A stretch of DNA of 64,000 nt. It comes from Thermodesulfobacteriota bacterium. Its GTDB lineage: Bacteria; Desulfobacterota; Desulfobulbia; Desulfobulbales; SURF-16. The translations under genes and the position numbers were made by a program. The stretch covers positions 1 to 64,000 of the forward strand of contig JBDLIE010000013.1 in assembly GCA_039715015.1 (NCBI GenBank). The letters run 5' to 3'. The notes beneath the pieces were generated by a model that saw only the letters and a program-made list of their open reading frames with translations, was not told the DNA's origin and did not search any database. Below are positions 8,752-17,720 of the stretch, one piece after another. The number at the start of each line of letters is the position of its first letter. Position 1 is the first letter of the stretch.

Positions 8752-9846
8752 TCACCTTCCTTGGTTCATACGAAAAATCCAAGCAAGGCCAATAAAAGCG
8801 ATGGAGCAATGGATTGACCAGGCAGCTACAGCAGGGCTTAAAGCCTCGGTCTGGGCCATGGATTGTAAGGTCGACCATATTCCCCAAAAGACAAAGGCCA
8901 GACAACAGCTAAGAGGGATGGCAATGGTGAGGTCGCGACCCCAGCGTTGGTGGATGTGGATGGTAAGTGGAATGGCAAATATGAGTAGAGGAACGCCAAG
9001 AAACATAAAGGAGAGGCGCGAGTACAAATCAATCACTCCTGTTACAATGCCTTCTTGCCTTTCCTTCACTGCTTTGTGCCAGAGGAAGGTGAGCGAATGT
9101 TCTTCAGGCCGGAAAACAGGGGCGAAAAATTCCTCCGGACCTTCCTTGAGCTCCACCTGCTTTTGTGCGTAAGAGCTGATTTCATATGTCCCTTCCGGAC
9201 TAAGTGATTTTTCAAAACCTTCTTTCAGGTTCCAGCTCTCCTTATAAGTTCCTTGTTGAGCTGTCAGGAACCTAGTCAGGGTATACGAGTCATCCCAGGC
9301 CGAATAAATAAGATCATTGTAAGAGGTGTTGTTTTTGCCGAGCTTGAAGCTGTAGATACCCTCTGAGCCTCGGTAAAAGATGCGCCCACTCTGCATAATA
9401 CCGTTAATAACCGGCTGTTTGATCACCGTGTACCATATTTTATTGGTTTTAGCGTTGCTCATGGGCAGTAACCATTGGGCCATTGCCACGGTCATCATGG
9501 TGAGAAGCAGAGATGAAAAAATTACCGGACTAATAATGCGCAGAAGGCTAATGCCGCCGGCATTAAGGGCCATGGCCTCATGATTATGGTTTAGGATGCC
9601 CAGGGTAATGATGCCTGCGAGGAGAATGGATACAGGTGAAAGCTGGTAATATATGGTGGGAATTTTCATGACGAAAAAACGCAGCGCAAAGCCGATGGTT
9701 TGCCCTTTTTCTGTGAAGCGATCAATCTGTTCAAAAAAATCGATAAGCAGATAGAGGGAGAGTAACCCCCCAAGCACCATGAGAAGGTTCCAGAAAAATT
9801 GTTTAATGATGTATCTATCTAGAAGGTTCATCCACTTAACCCCCAT
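8752..9846 (-). CDS. lptG: LPS export permease, LptF/LptG family
   Basis: LLDRYIIKQF start, NHEAMALNAGGISLLRI motif, 3+3 TM topology, AAW in the last helix. Start may be MNLLDRY. Confidence 0.85.
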   Translation of the reverse strand: MGVKWMNLLDRYIIKQFFWNLLMVLGGLLSLYLLIDFFEQIDRFTEKGQTIGFALRFFVMKIPTIYYQLSPVSILLAGIITLGILNHNHEAMALNAGGISLLRIISPVIFSSLLLTMMTVAMAQWLLPMSNAKTNKIWYTVIKQPVINGIMQSGRIFYRGSEGIYSFKLGKNNTSYNDLIYSAWDDSYTLTRFLTAQQGTYKESWNLKEGFEKSLSPEGTYEISSYAQKQVELKEGPEEFFAPVFRPEEHSLTFLWHKAVKERQEGIVTGVIDLYSRLSFMFLGVPLLIFAIPLTIHIHQRWGRDLTIAIPLSCCLAFVFWGIWSTLQSMAQTEALSPAVAAWSIHCSIAFIGLAWIFRMNQGR

Positions 9847-10222
9847 TTTCTATTAAGCGCTGGGCGAGAAGATAGCCGGCAAAGACAAGTAAGACGCCAA
9901 GGATGTTACTGGTCAAGGCGTAAACAATAACCGTTTTGACATCACCGACTTTAAGGAGTTCTGCTTTTTCTCTGGCAAAGGTGGAAAATGTCGTAAAGGA
10001 ACCGAAAAAACCGGTAAGTACAAAGAGGCGATACTCTGCCGCAACCTTATAATGCTCGAGCAGGGCGCCACACAGGCCGATGAGAAAGGAGCCAAGCATG
10101 TTAACGGTGATGGTGCCAATGGGGAAATTGCCCTCGGCAAAGCGTTGGGCAAAGATGTTAACTCCGTGGCGACTGGTGGCTCCAAAGCCGCCGCCAAGCA
10201 TTATGGCAAGTATTTCTTTCAT
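9836..10222 (-). CDS. crcB: Fluoride efflux channel Fluc/CrcB
   Basis: GGGFGATSR, FPIGTITVNMLGSF and TGFFGSFTTFSTF signatures. Confidence 0.93.
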   Translation of the reverse strand: MKEILAIMLGGGFGATSRHGVNIFAQRFAEGNFPIGTITVNMLGSFLIGLCGALLEHYKVAAEYRLFVLTGFFGSFTTFSTFAREKAELLKVGDVKTVIVYALTSNILGVLLVFAGYLLAQRLIENGG

Positions 10223-10409
10223 GGTGGATCAGAGAGGAATTTGGTAAGCTGTCGCGATTAAAAATGATGGCTGCATGAAAAGTCTCTGAGAGGGTCTACA
10301 GGCAATTTTACTGGAGTTGAATGGTTGGAGATCTTCTCGTGGGGAAATTGACCATCATATAATCTCTGCTAGCCACTGCCGAAAAATTAAGGATACAAAA
10401 AAGAAAGCT

Positions 10410-11948
10410 ATGCCGCCCCTTGTTCAGCTTGTCACCGTTGATTGTCCTAATCCCAGTCTGCAAGATAACACAGGTGATATAGATAGACTAAAAAAAAATG
10501 TCACGGAAAAATGTGGAAACTCAGTGGTGGTGCCCTATGGAGCCATGGCCAAAGTTGCCAAGGCTTTCCGTCAGGCCGGCTTTGCCGGTCATGCCATGGT
10601 TAATGATTGCGGCAGTCATTACGAGTTAGTTGATTTCCTTGCTGCTCATCCAGGTATTCTGCCAGCCGTTGCCCTCGACCTTGGCACCACACATCTGGAG
10701 GCATCGCTCATAGATTTGATGACAGGGGATGTTCTGGGGCAGGCAAATATTGCTAATGGCCAGATTGCATACGGTACGGACATTCTGACGCGGATTCATT
10801 TTGCAGCAACAAACCATGGCCTGCAAACCTTGCAGAAGGCGGTTGTCTCCAGTATTAACAGCCTTATTGCGCAACTAAGCAGCGGGGCCAAGATCTCTTC
10901 TGCCGGCATTCGAGCCCTGGCTGTTTCCGGCAACACCACCATGGTGCATTTTTTGCTCGCTGTTGATCCGGCCACCCTCTGTCGTGAACCCTATATTCCT
11001 TTGGTGAATAGCCCTGATATCTGCCATGGTGCTGATTTGGGACTTACAATGAATGGCTTGGCTCCGGTGTGGATTATGCCAAGCGTGGGCAGCTATTTTG
11101 GTGGCGATCTTATCTCCGGGATCATTGCCAGTGGCCTTGATGAACGATCAGGCCCCGCAATGCTCATTGATGTGGGGACAAACGCCGAAGTTGTACTCGG
11201 CAACGGCGAATGGCTTATTGCTTGCGCCGGGGCTGCCGGGCCCGCCCTGGAAGGTGGCATCGCCAAGATGGGTATGCGGGCCGGACCAGGGGCCATTGAC
11301 AGGGTTCGCATAGATGCCGATTCGGGCCAGCTGCGCTATGAAACCTTGGGGGACGGCAAGCCCAAAGGCCTCTGTGGTTCAGGTATTATTGATTTGGTTG
11401 CAGCCCTCTATCTAGCCCGGATGATTGATGTGCGCGGCAAATTTCAAAAAAAATTTGCCGGAGAGCGCCTCATTGACGGCCCTGATGGCCCTGCTTTTGT
11501 GGTCGTCGATGGCCAAGAGGCTGCGGACAATCAACCTATCACCTTTGCCCAGGTTGATCTCGACGCCATGATGCGTTCCAAAGCGGCCATGTATTCCATT
11601 CTTACCACCCTTATCGCCCAGGTAGGCCTGGATTTTGGAGATCTTGAGCAGATTTTTGTGGCTGGGTCTTTTGGTAAGCACATTGACCCCCGGCAGGCCA
11701 TCACCCTCGGAATGATGCCCGATTTGCCGCTGGATGTGTTTCGGCCCATCGGCAACAGTTCCTTGGCCGGCGCAGAAGAAGTACTGCGTAGTTCCGAGGC
11801 AAGAAAGCGCTGTTTAAAATTGCCAAACAAAATCACCTATCTTGAACTGAACGTCAACCAAGAGTTCATGATTCGTTTTTCAGGTTGCCGCTTCATTCCC
11901 CACACCGATCCATCTCTTTTCCCTTCGGTGCCAATTTTTTCAGAGTGA
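10410..11948 (+). CDS. ASKHA-domain reductive activator of corrinoid proteins (RACo/DUF4445 family)
   Basis: ALDLGTT, NGQIAYGTDILTRI, SGNTTM, YFGGD, IDVGTNAE, AGPALEG, GLCGSG, AGSFG, GNSSL. Start inferred at ATG 10410. Confidence 0.88.
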   Translation: MPPLVQLVTVDCPNPSLQDNTGDIDRLKKNVTEKCGNSVVVPYGAMAKVAKAFRQAGFAGHAMVNDCGSHYELVDFLAAHPGILPAVALDLGTTHLEASLIDLMTGDVLGQANIANGQIAYGTDILTRIHFAATNHGLQTLQKAVVSSINSLIAQLSSGAKISSAGIRALAVSGNTTMVHFLLAVDPATLCREPYIPLVNSPDICHGADLGLTMNGLAPVWIMPSVGSYFGGDLISGIIASGLDERSGPAMLIDVGTNAEVVLGNGEWLIACAGAAGPALEGGIAKMGMRAGPGAIDRVRIDADSGQLRYETLGDGKPKGLCGSGIIDLVAALYLARMIDVRGKFQKKFAGERLIDGPDGPAFVVVDGQEAADNQPITFAQVDLDAMMRSKAAMYSILTTLIAQVGLDFGDLEQIFVAGSFGKHIDPRQAITLGMMPDLPLDVFRPIGNSSLAGAEEVLRSSEARKRCLKLPNKITYLELNVNQEFMIRFSGCRFIPHTDPSLFPSVPIFSE

Positions 11949-11997
11949 AAAAATCCACAACCATTTGACGGACTGATTTAACTCAGTCCTTAGCAAA

Positions 11998-12430
11998 ATG
12001 AGTGATTATTTTTTTCGTCTTAATATTGTCCGAAAACTTCTCCTGGGCTATCTGCCCCTCTGTCTCTTACTGGTTCTCTTTGCCGTTCTTGGCCTTATGG
12101 GCCTCACCACTCTTAATCAGCCCAACAGTTCCATTGTTGAAGCAGACATCCCCCTGATCAACATCGCCGATCAGGTGACCGGAGATATTCTCGCCCAAAA
12201 ACTCTATGGCCGGCGCTATGCAATTCTAAGAGGTCCTGAAGCCCTGGATATCTTCCGGCAGCGTCAGGAAGATTTTTATAGACGTATCGAATAGATCACC
12301 TAGCGGCGAGAGGAGCGAGACCTTCCTGTATCACAACTTCTTGATCATCATCGTAGATTCCAGCCCTGCTCTCATGCCACTGTAACCTTACCGTGGTTTT
12401 TTATCTTTCCCTTGCTTTCTCGATTTGTGA
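11998..12430 (+). pseudogene. Remnant of a membrane sensor kinase/chemoreceptor N-terminus
   Basis: RLNIVRKLLLGY, TM helix and four-helix sensor start; in-frame TAG stops at 12292 and 12301, then protein-like RREERDLPVSQLLDHH; no HAMP or kinase domain follows. Confidence 0.55.
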
Positions 12431-12623
12431 ATTTGTATCATAAAGAACTGATTTCGTGGTTTCAGAGCTGTTTTTTTGCTTTTGAATCCATAAGGACGTG
12501 GCTGAGGTAAGAGGATGTGCTTCAGGTTTCGTCCTCCTCCCTTTTTATGGTCCTTGGTGCTTGTCTGCCCGGGGAGATGTCTTTTGGACCCATTATGTTT
12601 TTGACTATGGAGCAACGGCTGCA

Positions 12624-12938
12624 ATGAGTGAAAAAAATCCAAGTTTGATAACCTGTGTTATTCAGCGGGGTGAGGCCGATAAGATTGTGGACGCAGCTTT
12701 AGACGCCGGGGCTGAAGGTGCGACAATCTATTTTGGCCGGGGGCGTGGTGTACGCGAGAGAATGGGATTCCTTGGCCGTTTTATCAAGCCTGAGAAGGAA
12801 GTTATTCTTATCATAACCCGGGAAGAACAGACAGACGCTGTCTTCGATGCCGTGCAGAAAACTGCCGGCCTTAAGGAGCAGGGGAAAGGGTTTGCCTTCC
12901 TCCATAAAATTGATCGGGCCGTTGGCTTTCTAGCCTAA
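12624..12938 (+). CDS. PII-like signal transduction protein (non-canonical)
   Basis: ITCVIQRGEADKIVDAALDAGAEGATIYFGRGRG...PEKEVILI...GKGFAF. ATG 12624 follows GGAG. Confidence 0.85.
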   Translation: MSEKNPSLITCVIQRGEADKIVDAALDAGAEGATIYFGRGRGVRERMGFLGRFIKPEKEVILIITREEQTDAVFDAVQKTAGLKEQGKGFAFLHKIDRAVGFLA

Positions 12939-12965
12939 CGATTGATTTGCTGAGAGCTGATAACA

Positions 12966-13430
12966 ATGTGGATCCATCTCCTGATACTTGGTGTTACCCT
13001 GGGATTCAGTGCCGCCTATAATATAGATATGGCTGCCTGGTACGAGACCAATATCGCTTATATTGCAGGCGCCCAGGCCGGATTGTGTGTGCAGGCTCTT
13101 ATAGCCGCCTGTGTTTTTATTCTGGTCTCAGTAATCATGGCCCAGATGAATGCCCATTCCCTGATGCTTCCCCTGTCCAGATTGATTCTGGAGATCAGCC
13201 TCTTTGGGGTAAGTATTGTCGCCTTTGGCGCCCTTTATATTTCCTGGACGTTGTTAAAAAACGTCTGGGTGGATATGGGGGTGGCGGTCATAGTCCCTTT
13301 TATAGGTGTTGTCGCCGCTGGAATATGTCTCCAGCTCTTTGATTTTAACTACCCTTATAAACAGAAAATATTGGGGTATTTCATCGTCAGTATGTTCTCA
13401 GTTGTCCTTGTTTTTCTCCGGCTAATGTAA
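12966..13430 (+). CDS. Hypothetical integral membrane protein (about 5 TM)
   Basis: 154 aa hydrophobic ORF directly downstream of the PII-like gene. Confidence 0.65.
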   Translation: MWIHLLILGVTLGFSAAYNIDMAAWYETNIAYIAGAQAGLCVQALIAACVFILVSVIMAQMNAHSLMLPLSRLILEISLFGVSIVAFGALYISWTLLKNVWVDMGVAVIVPFIGVVAAGICLQLFDFNYPYKQKILGYFIVSMFSVVLVFLRLM

Positions 13431-13453
13431 ACCATAACACTCAGAAATTACTT

Positions 13454-14725
13454 TTAAACCGTTTCTCCTGAAGGGATCTTTGGGGTGGGAAAGTCTTCCA
13501 TCTTGGCCCAGGGCTGGATAATGCAGTTGCGGCCGATTTGGGTGCGGGACGGAATATGGGCCCCTTTGCCTATAAGGGTAATCCCGGTGTAGAGATGGGA
13601 TGGATATTTTTTATTTTTTGCGTCCCTATCGTTCCCCAAACCCACCTTTGCCCCTTTGCCAACCTGTACCCGTTTGTCGAGAATTGCAAGGTCAACAACG
13701 GCTTTTTCCCCCACAGTCACATCATGAAAGAGAATGGAATCGTGGACTGTCGCTCCTTTTGCCACTTTGACACCGGGTGAAAGGACAGAATTGTAGACCT
13801 CTCCCTCAATGACACATCCTGCTGAGACCATGGAACTTTTGACCTTGGAGCCCTTTAGGAAACGGGCTGGTGGTCGGTCAGAACTAGTATTGACACTGGA
13901 TTCAACATTGGGGCGTGTTCCCCATTTTTCCGGGGATATTCCCGAGTTGTCATCGAGAATATCCATGTTTGCCTGCCAGTAGGATTGGATGGTTCCCACG
14001 TCACGCCAGTAGTCATGGAAAGGATAGGCAAAAACATCGTCGCGCTCAATGGCTTTAGGGATCAGGTGCATACCAAAATCCACCTCCTCCCGGTCTTCAC
14101 CGAGAAGATTGAGGAGGTATTCGGTGTCAAAGACATAGATCCCCATGGATGCCAGGTTGGTCCTGGGTTCCTTGGGCTTCTCCTCCCACTCGATAATACG
14201 ACCTTCCTCGTTGGTGATACCGGCCCCAAATTGATGGATATCCTCCTTGGGGACCACCATCATGGCAACGGTGGCGTCCGCTTTTTTACGGCGGTGGAAT
14301 TCAAGCATGTCGTCAAGATCCATCCGGTAGATATGGTCGCCGGAGAGAATAACAATCTCTTTGGACGGATGGGCCTTGATGAAATCAATATTTTGGCGTA
14401 CTGCATCAGCCGTCCCCTTGTACCAGTCAGAATCTTGAGATCCGGTGCGTGGCGGCAGGATCTTGATGCCGCGACTGCGGCCAATGAAATCCCATGCCTC
14501 ACCACCACCAAGATGGCGCATGAGGCTGAGCGGTTTATACTGGGTCAAAACGCCGATTTGGGACAGGCCGGAGTTCATGACGTTGGAAAGGCTGAAATCG
14601 ATGATCCGGTAGATGCCGCCAAAAGGAACTGCTGGTTTTGCCCGGGTCTGTACCAGATTATTAAGGCGGCTGCCAACCCCACCGGCAAGAAGGAGAACCA
14701 GAGTTTTGTCGTTGCCTGTCATCAT
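13454..14725 (-). CDS. glgC: Glucose-1-phosphate adenylyltransferase
   Basis: LAGGVGSRL...RAKPAVPFGG, WYKGTADA, LSGDHIY, EEKP, YWRDVGT and a C-terminal beta-helix. Confidence 0.93.
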   Translation of the reverse strand: MMTGNDKTLVLLLAGGVGSRLNNLVQTRAKPAVPFGGIYRIIDFSLSNVMNSGLSQIGVLTQYKPLSLMRHLGGGEAWDFIGRSRGIKILPPRTGSQDSDWYKGTADAVRQNIDFIKAHPSKEIVILSGDHIYRMDLDDMLEFHRRKKADATVAMMVVPKEDIHQFGAGITNEEGRIIEWEEKPKEPRTNLASMGIYVFDTEYLLNLLGEDREEVDFGMHLIPKAIERDDVFAYPFHDYWRDVGTIQSYWQANMDILDDNSGISPEKWGTRPNVESSVNTSSDRPPARFLKGSKVKSSMVSAGCVIEGEVYNSVLSPGVKVAKGATVHDSILFHDVTVGEKAVVDLAILDKRVQVGKGAKVGLGNDRDAKNKKYPSHLYTGITLIGKGAHIPSRTQIGRNCIIQPWAKMEDFPTPKIPSGETV

Positions 14726-15981
14726 CGCACAACCTCCCCTGGTTCAATCTGTCTGGCAAGTTTGGTGAGCTCAATGTTTGGGTAGATGGTGCAGTCAGCA
14801 CCGATGACTATTTTGTCAGGAAAATAATTGTTCCAGCCCAGTACCGTGACATTGTCACCACTTTTCCCACCCTTGTTTCCTATCTGAACGCCGTTGCCCA
14901 TGGTAACATTGACATCGCTAATGATCTTTTCAATGCATGAATCTCTACCCACCACATTATTAAAAAAGAGAACTGAGTCCTTAACCACCGCTCCTTTTTT
15001 GATATGGACGCCGGGGAAAATGATTGAACGGGACACCTCACCTTCAATCACACAGCCGTTATAGATAAGACTATCCTCAATGATGGCCTGGCCCCCTACC
15101 TTAAGGGGCTGGCAGGTGCGGATGTCCCGGTGTTCGAGATTGGTGCGAACACCCCATTGGTCCAGTTTTATTTTGGGATCAGGACCCAAGAGATCCATGT
15201 TGGTCTGCCAGTATTCGGAGATTGTGCGGCTGTACCCCCAGTAGTCATGAAATTTATAACCATAGATTTTTTTCTTTTCAGCCAGCAATCTCGGGATAAT
15301 ATCACGACCAAATTCAAAGGAGTCATCCTCCCTGGCATTTGTGGTGAGGACATCATGGAGGACCCTTGGTTTAAAACAAAAAACGGTCATGGAGGCCCAA
15401 TTAAAACTGGGGGCATCAGGCTTTTCTTCATATTGCAGGATACGTCCGCCCCGATCATCATCTTCATCGTCAATATCTGCAACGCCAAAGCGTTGGGCCT
15501 TGTCAAGAGGGACCTGAAGGCAGGCGATGGTCAGATCAGCATCTTTTTCACGGTGATACGCTATCATGTCCCTGTAATCCATCTTGTAGATATGATCACC
15601 AGAGAGAATGAGGACCTCATCTGGATCGTGATATTCGATGAAGTCAGAGTTTTGGAATACGGCGTCTGCCGACCCTTTATACCAGGAGGTATTTCCGTAA
15701 CCTGTGGAGGGTGGAAGAATAGAGACCCCTCGATACTTGCCAAGCATGTCCCAGGCCGCACCAATGCCGATATGGTTAATTAGGGAGAAACTGCGATACT
15801 GGCTAAGAATGGCAACCTGTTCAAGGCCGGAGTTCATCAGGTTGCTGAGGGGGAAATCGATGACCCTTGCAAAACCGCCGAAGGGGACGGCTGATTTTGG
15901 CCGGTAATGGGTAAGAACATTCAGTTCATCGACCCTGCCGCCAGCTAAAATCATGGCAAGGGTGCGCGGCTTTAGTTTCAT
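14722..15981 (-). CDS. ADP-glucose pyrophosphorylase paralogue with degenerate motifs (GlgD-like)
   Basis: LAGGRVDEL...RPKSAVPFGG, LSGDHIY, YEEKP, YWGYSRT; 4-bp overlap with glgC. Confidence 0.82.
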   Translation of the reverse strand: MKLKPRTLAMILAGGRVDELNVLTHYRPKSAVPFGGFARVIDFPLSNLMNSGLEQVAILSQYRSFSLINHIGIGAAWDMLGKYRGVSILPPSTGYGNTSWYKGSADAVFQNSDFIEYHDPDEVLILSGDHIYKMDYRDMIAYHREKDADLTIACLQVPLDKAQRFGVADIDDEDDDRGGRILQYEEKPDAPSFNWASMTVFCFKPRVLHDVLTTNAREDDSFEFGRDIIPRLLAEKKKIYGYKFHDYWGYSRTISEYWQTNMDLLGPDPKIKLDQWGVRTNLEHRDIRTCQPLKVGGQAIIEDSLIYNGCVIEGEVSRSIIFPGVHIKKGAVVKDSVLFFNNVVGRDSCIEKIISDVNVTMGNGVQIGNKGGKSGDNVTVLGWNNYFPDKIVIGADCTIYPNIELTKLARQIEPGEVVR

Positions 15982-16152
15982 GGGGACCTCTGGGCAAAAG
16001 GAGGGGAAAAGAAGCACCCTTACAAGGTAAACGTGCCAGTTTCAATGTTGACTCCCTACTTAATTACAGGGCATCTTGGACAGGTGTGTATGGTGCTCTG
16101 AAACCAATTAAGCACACCTGGGGATTGAGGATGCTTCGTTTCTCAACATGCC

Positions 16153-17184
16153 CTAAAGGTGGCGCCGGGTAAGCCTTCTGAGGATATGGGTGTTGAACTC
16201 CTGATCCTGCTTGTCGAGGTTTTTGAGTGGAACCTCAGCCCGGGCAGCCTCTCGGTGACCGCCAGCCGATCCTATCTCGCCGAAAACTTTCTTGGCCAAA
16301 ACCCCGGCATTCTTACGATAGCCGTCACAACGAAAGATGACGACCAGGCGTTCGCCGTGGATACCGGAGATGAAAACCCAGGAAACTGGATGAACCCGGT
16401 TAAAAAAGTCAGCAATAATAACAAGAACGTCAGGGCTAAAGACACGGCCAACATGGGCGTAGAGCCGATTGTTGTTGACCTTCATGGTCTCAAAAGCGGT
16501 CTTGAAATAGTTTAACTCAGAAAGACGTAATTCTGAAAGCTCAATTTTGCGAACCAGGTTTTGGTTGGCAATATTAAAGAGATAACGAAAGGAAATGGCA
16601 TCGGCAAGCTTTGCCTTTTTTTCGAAATTATGGGTGTCAACCTTGATAGCATAGAAAAGGGCAGTAGCAATAGCAACCGAGGGTTTGATCTTGGCAGCCC
16701 GAAGATACTCGACAAGCATAGAAGCAGTGGCCCCGTAGTCGGGACGAATGTCGATGAAGCTTGCCTTCCAATCACCTGAAACCGGATGATGATCAATGAT
16801 CGCATCAAAGGTGATGTCAGCAAAGAAAGGATTATGGGACGGCTGGGAATCAAGGATGACGAATTTAGTGTACTCTTCCTTGTCTATACACTTAATCCGT
16901 TCAGCCTGGACCTTAAGAAGATCTACCATGGCAATATTGCTCAACCTTCTTATTTCATTATGGTAAACAATAGAAACCTTTTTGGTGCGGTAGCGCAGGA
17001 GTCGTTTGGCGGCCATGGCGCTTGCCAGCGAGTCTGGATCTGCTGAAATAATTATGAGAACGCTATCTTCTTTGGAGAAGATAGCCCAAAAATCCTGGAG
17101 CCGATCTTTGGCAGTTTTCTTGATGCGTTGATGGTTTTTTTTAAACTCTTCAGAACTTATAACTTCACTCAATACAATCACCAT
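16153..17184 (-). CDS. DHH family phosphoesterase (NrnA-like)
   Basis: ADPDSLAS, ILDSQ, IIDHH, KVDT and AGGH motifs. Confidence 0.88.
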   Translation of the reverse strand: MVIVLSEVISSEEFKKNHQRIKKTAKDRLQDFWAIFSKEDSVLIIISADPDSLASAMAAKRLLRYRTKKVSIVYHNEIRRLSNIAMVDLLKVQAERIKCIDKEEYTKFVILDSQPSHNPFFADITFDAIIDHHPVSGDWKASFIDIRPDYGATASMLVEYLRAAKIKPSVAIATALFYAIKVDTHNFEKKAKLADAISFRYLFNIANQNLVRKIELSELRLSELNYFKTAFETMKVNNNRLYAHVGRVFSPDVLVIIADFFNRVHPVSWVFISGIHGERLVVIFRCDGYRKNAGVLAKKVFGEIGSAGGHREAARAEVPLKNLDKQDQEFNTHILRRLTRRHL

Positions 17185-17529
17185 GCAGGATCAGCCTGCA
17201 AGCCCTTATGTTGACCAGTTTTTCGGTCTTCCCCGTGGACAAAATAAAAAAATGGTAAATAACCCGTTTCGCTAACGCAAGCCGGACCATCACCATTTTT
17301 TTCGTCATGCTGCTTTTACCATAGACAAAACGGAAGATGCAAGCATTTAGATCACAAAAAAATCTCTGTAAAAACAGCTACTTCTCTTCTGAAAGGCTTC
17401 GTGTTTAATTATAGCTGACACCACTTTGCAGCGGCATATAGGTGAAGTTGCTGGGTTTTGAGTAAGAAATAAAAAAAATAGGAAAATTAGAGCATTTTTT
17501 TGATCTCTTGAACGGCTACCTGTTAAGGT

Positions 17530-17545
17530 GTTACCTTGAGGTAAC
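17530..17545. promoter_or_regulatory. Putative sigma54-activator binding site GTTACC-N4-GGTAAC
   Basis: GTTACCTTGAGGTAAC with perfect palindromic arms, about 100 bp upstream of a -24/-12 element; same motif at 21205. Confidence 0.7.
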
Positions 17546-17643
17546 GTCTGCCAACGGTTGCCGGTTGACTATGTGTTAATACGACAGGTCAATTTTGCCG
17601 GATAAATAAGGTTCAGGCACTATTTTCTGAAATTTCAGGAAGG

Positions 17644-17659
17644 TGGTACGATTGCTGCA
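17644..17659 (+). promoter_or_regulatory. Sigma54 (-24/-12) promoter of the kinase-regulator-napF unit
   Basis: TGGTACGATTGCTGCA, exact GG-N10-GC spacing. Confidence 0.65.
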
Positions 17660-17720
17660 AAAAGTCTTTTAGGGTAAGGCCATGCATGTTTTAAGAGATG
17701 TCTCAGGAAGAAGGACCGCA

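Noticed and set aside
10223..10409. Fluoride riboswitch upstream of crcB
   Set aside because: No GGCGATGGNGTTCGCC-like core or GCTGATGAC element could be found on the minus strand.
17246..17302. AAAAAAATGGT / ACCATTTTTTT inverted repeat upstream of the DHH gene
   Set aside because: It is low complexity with a long unpaired interior, so no function can be supported.
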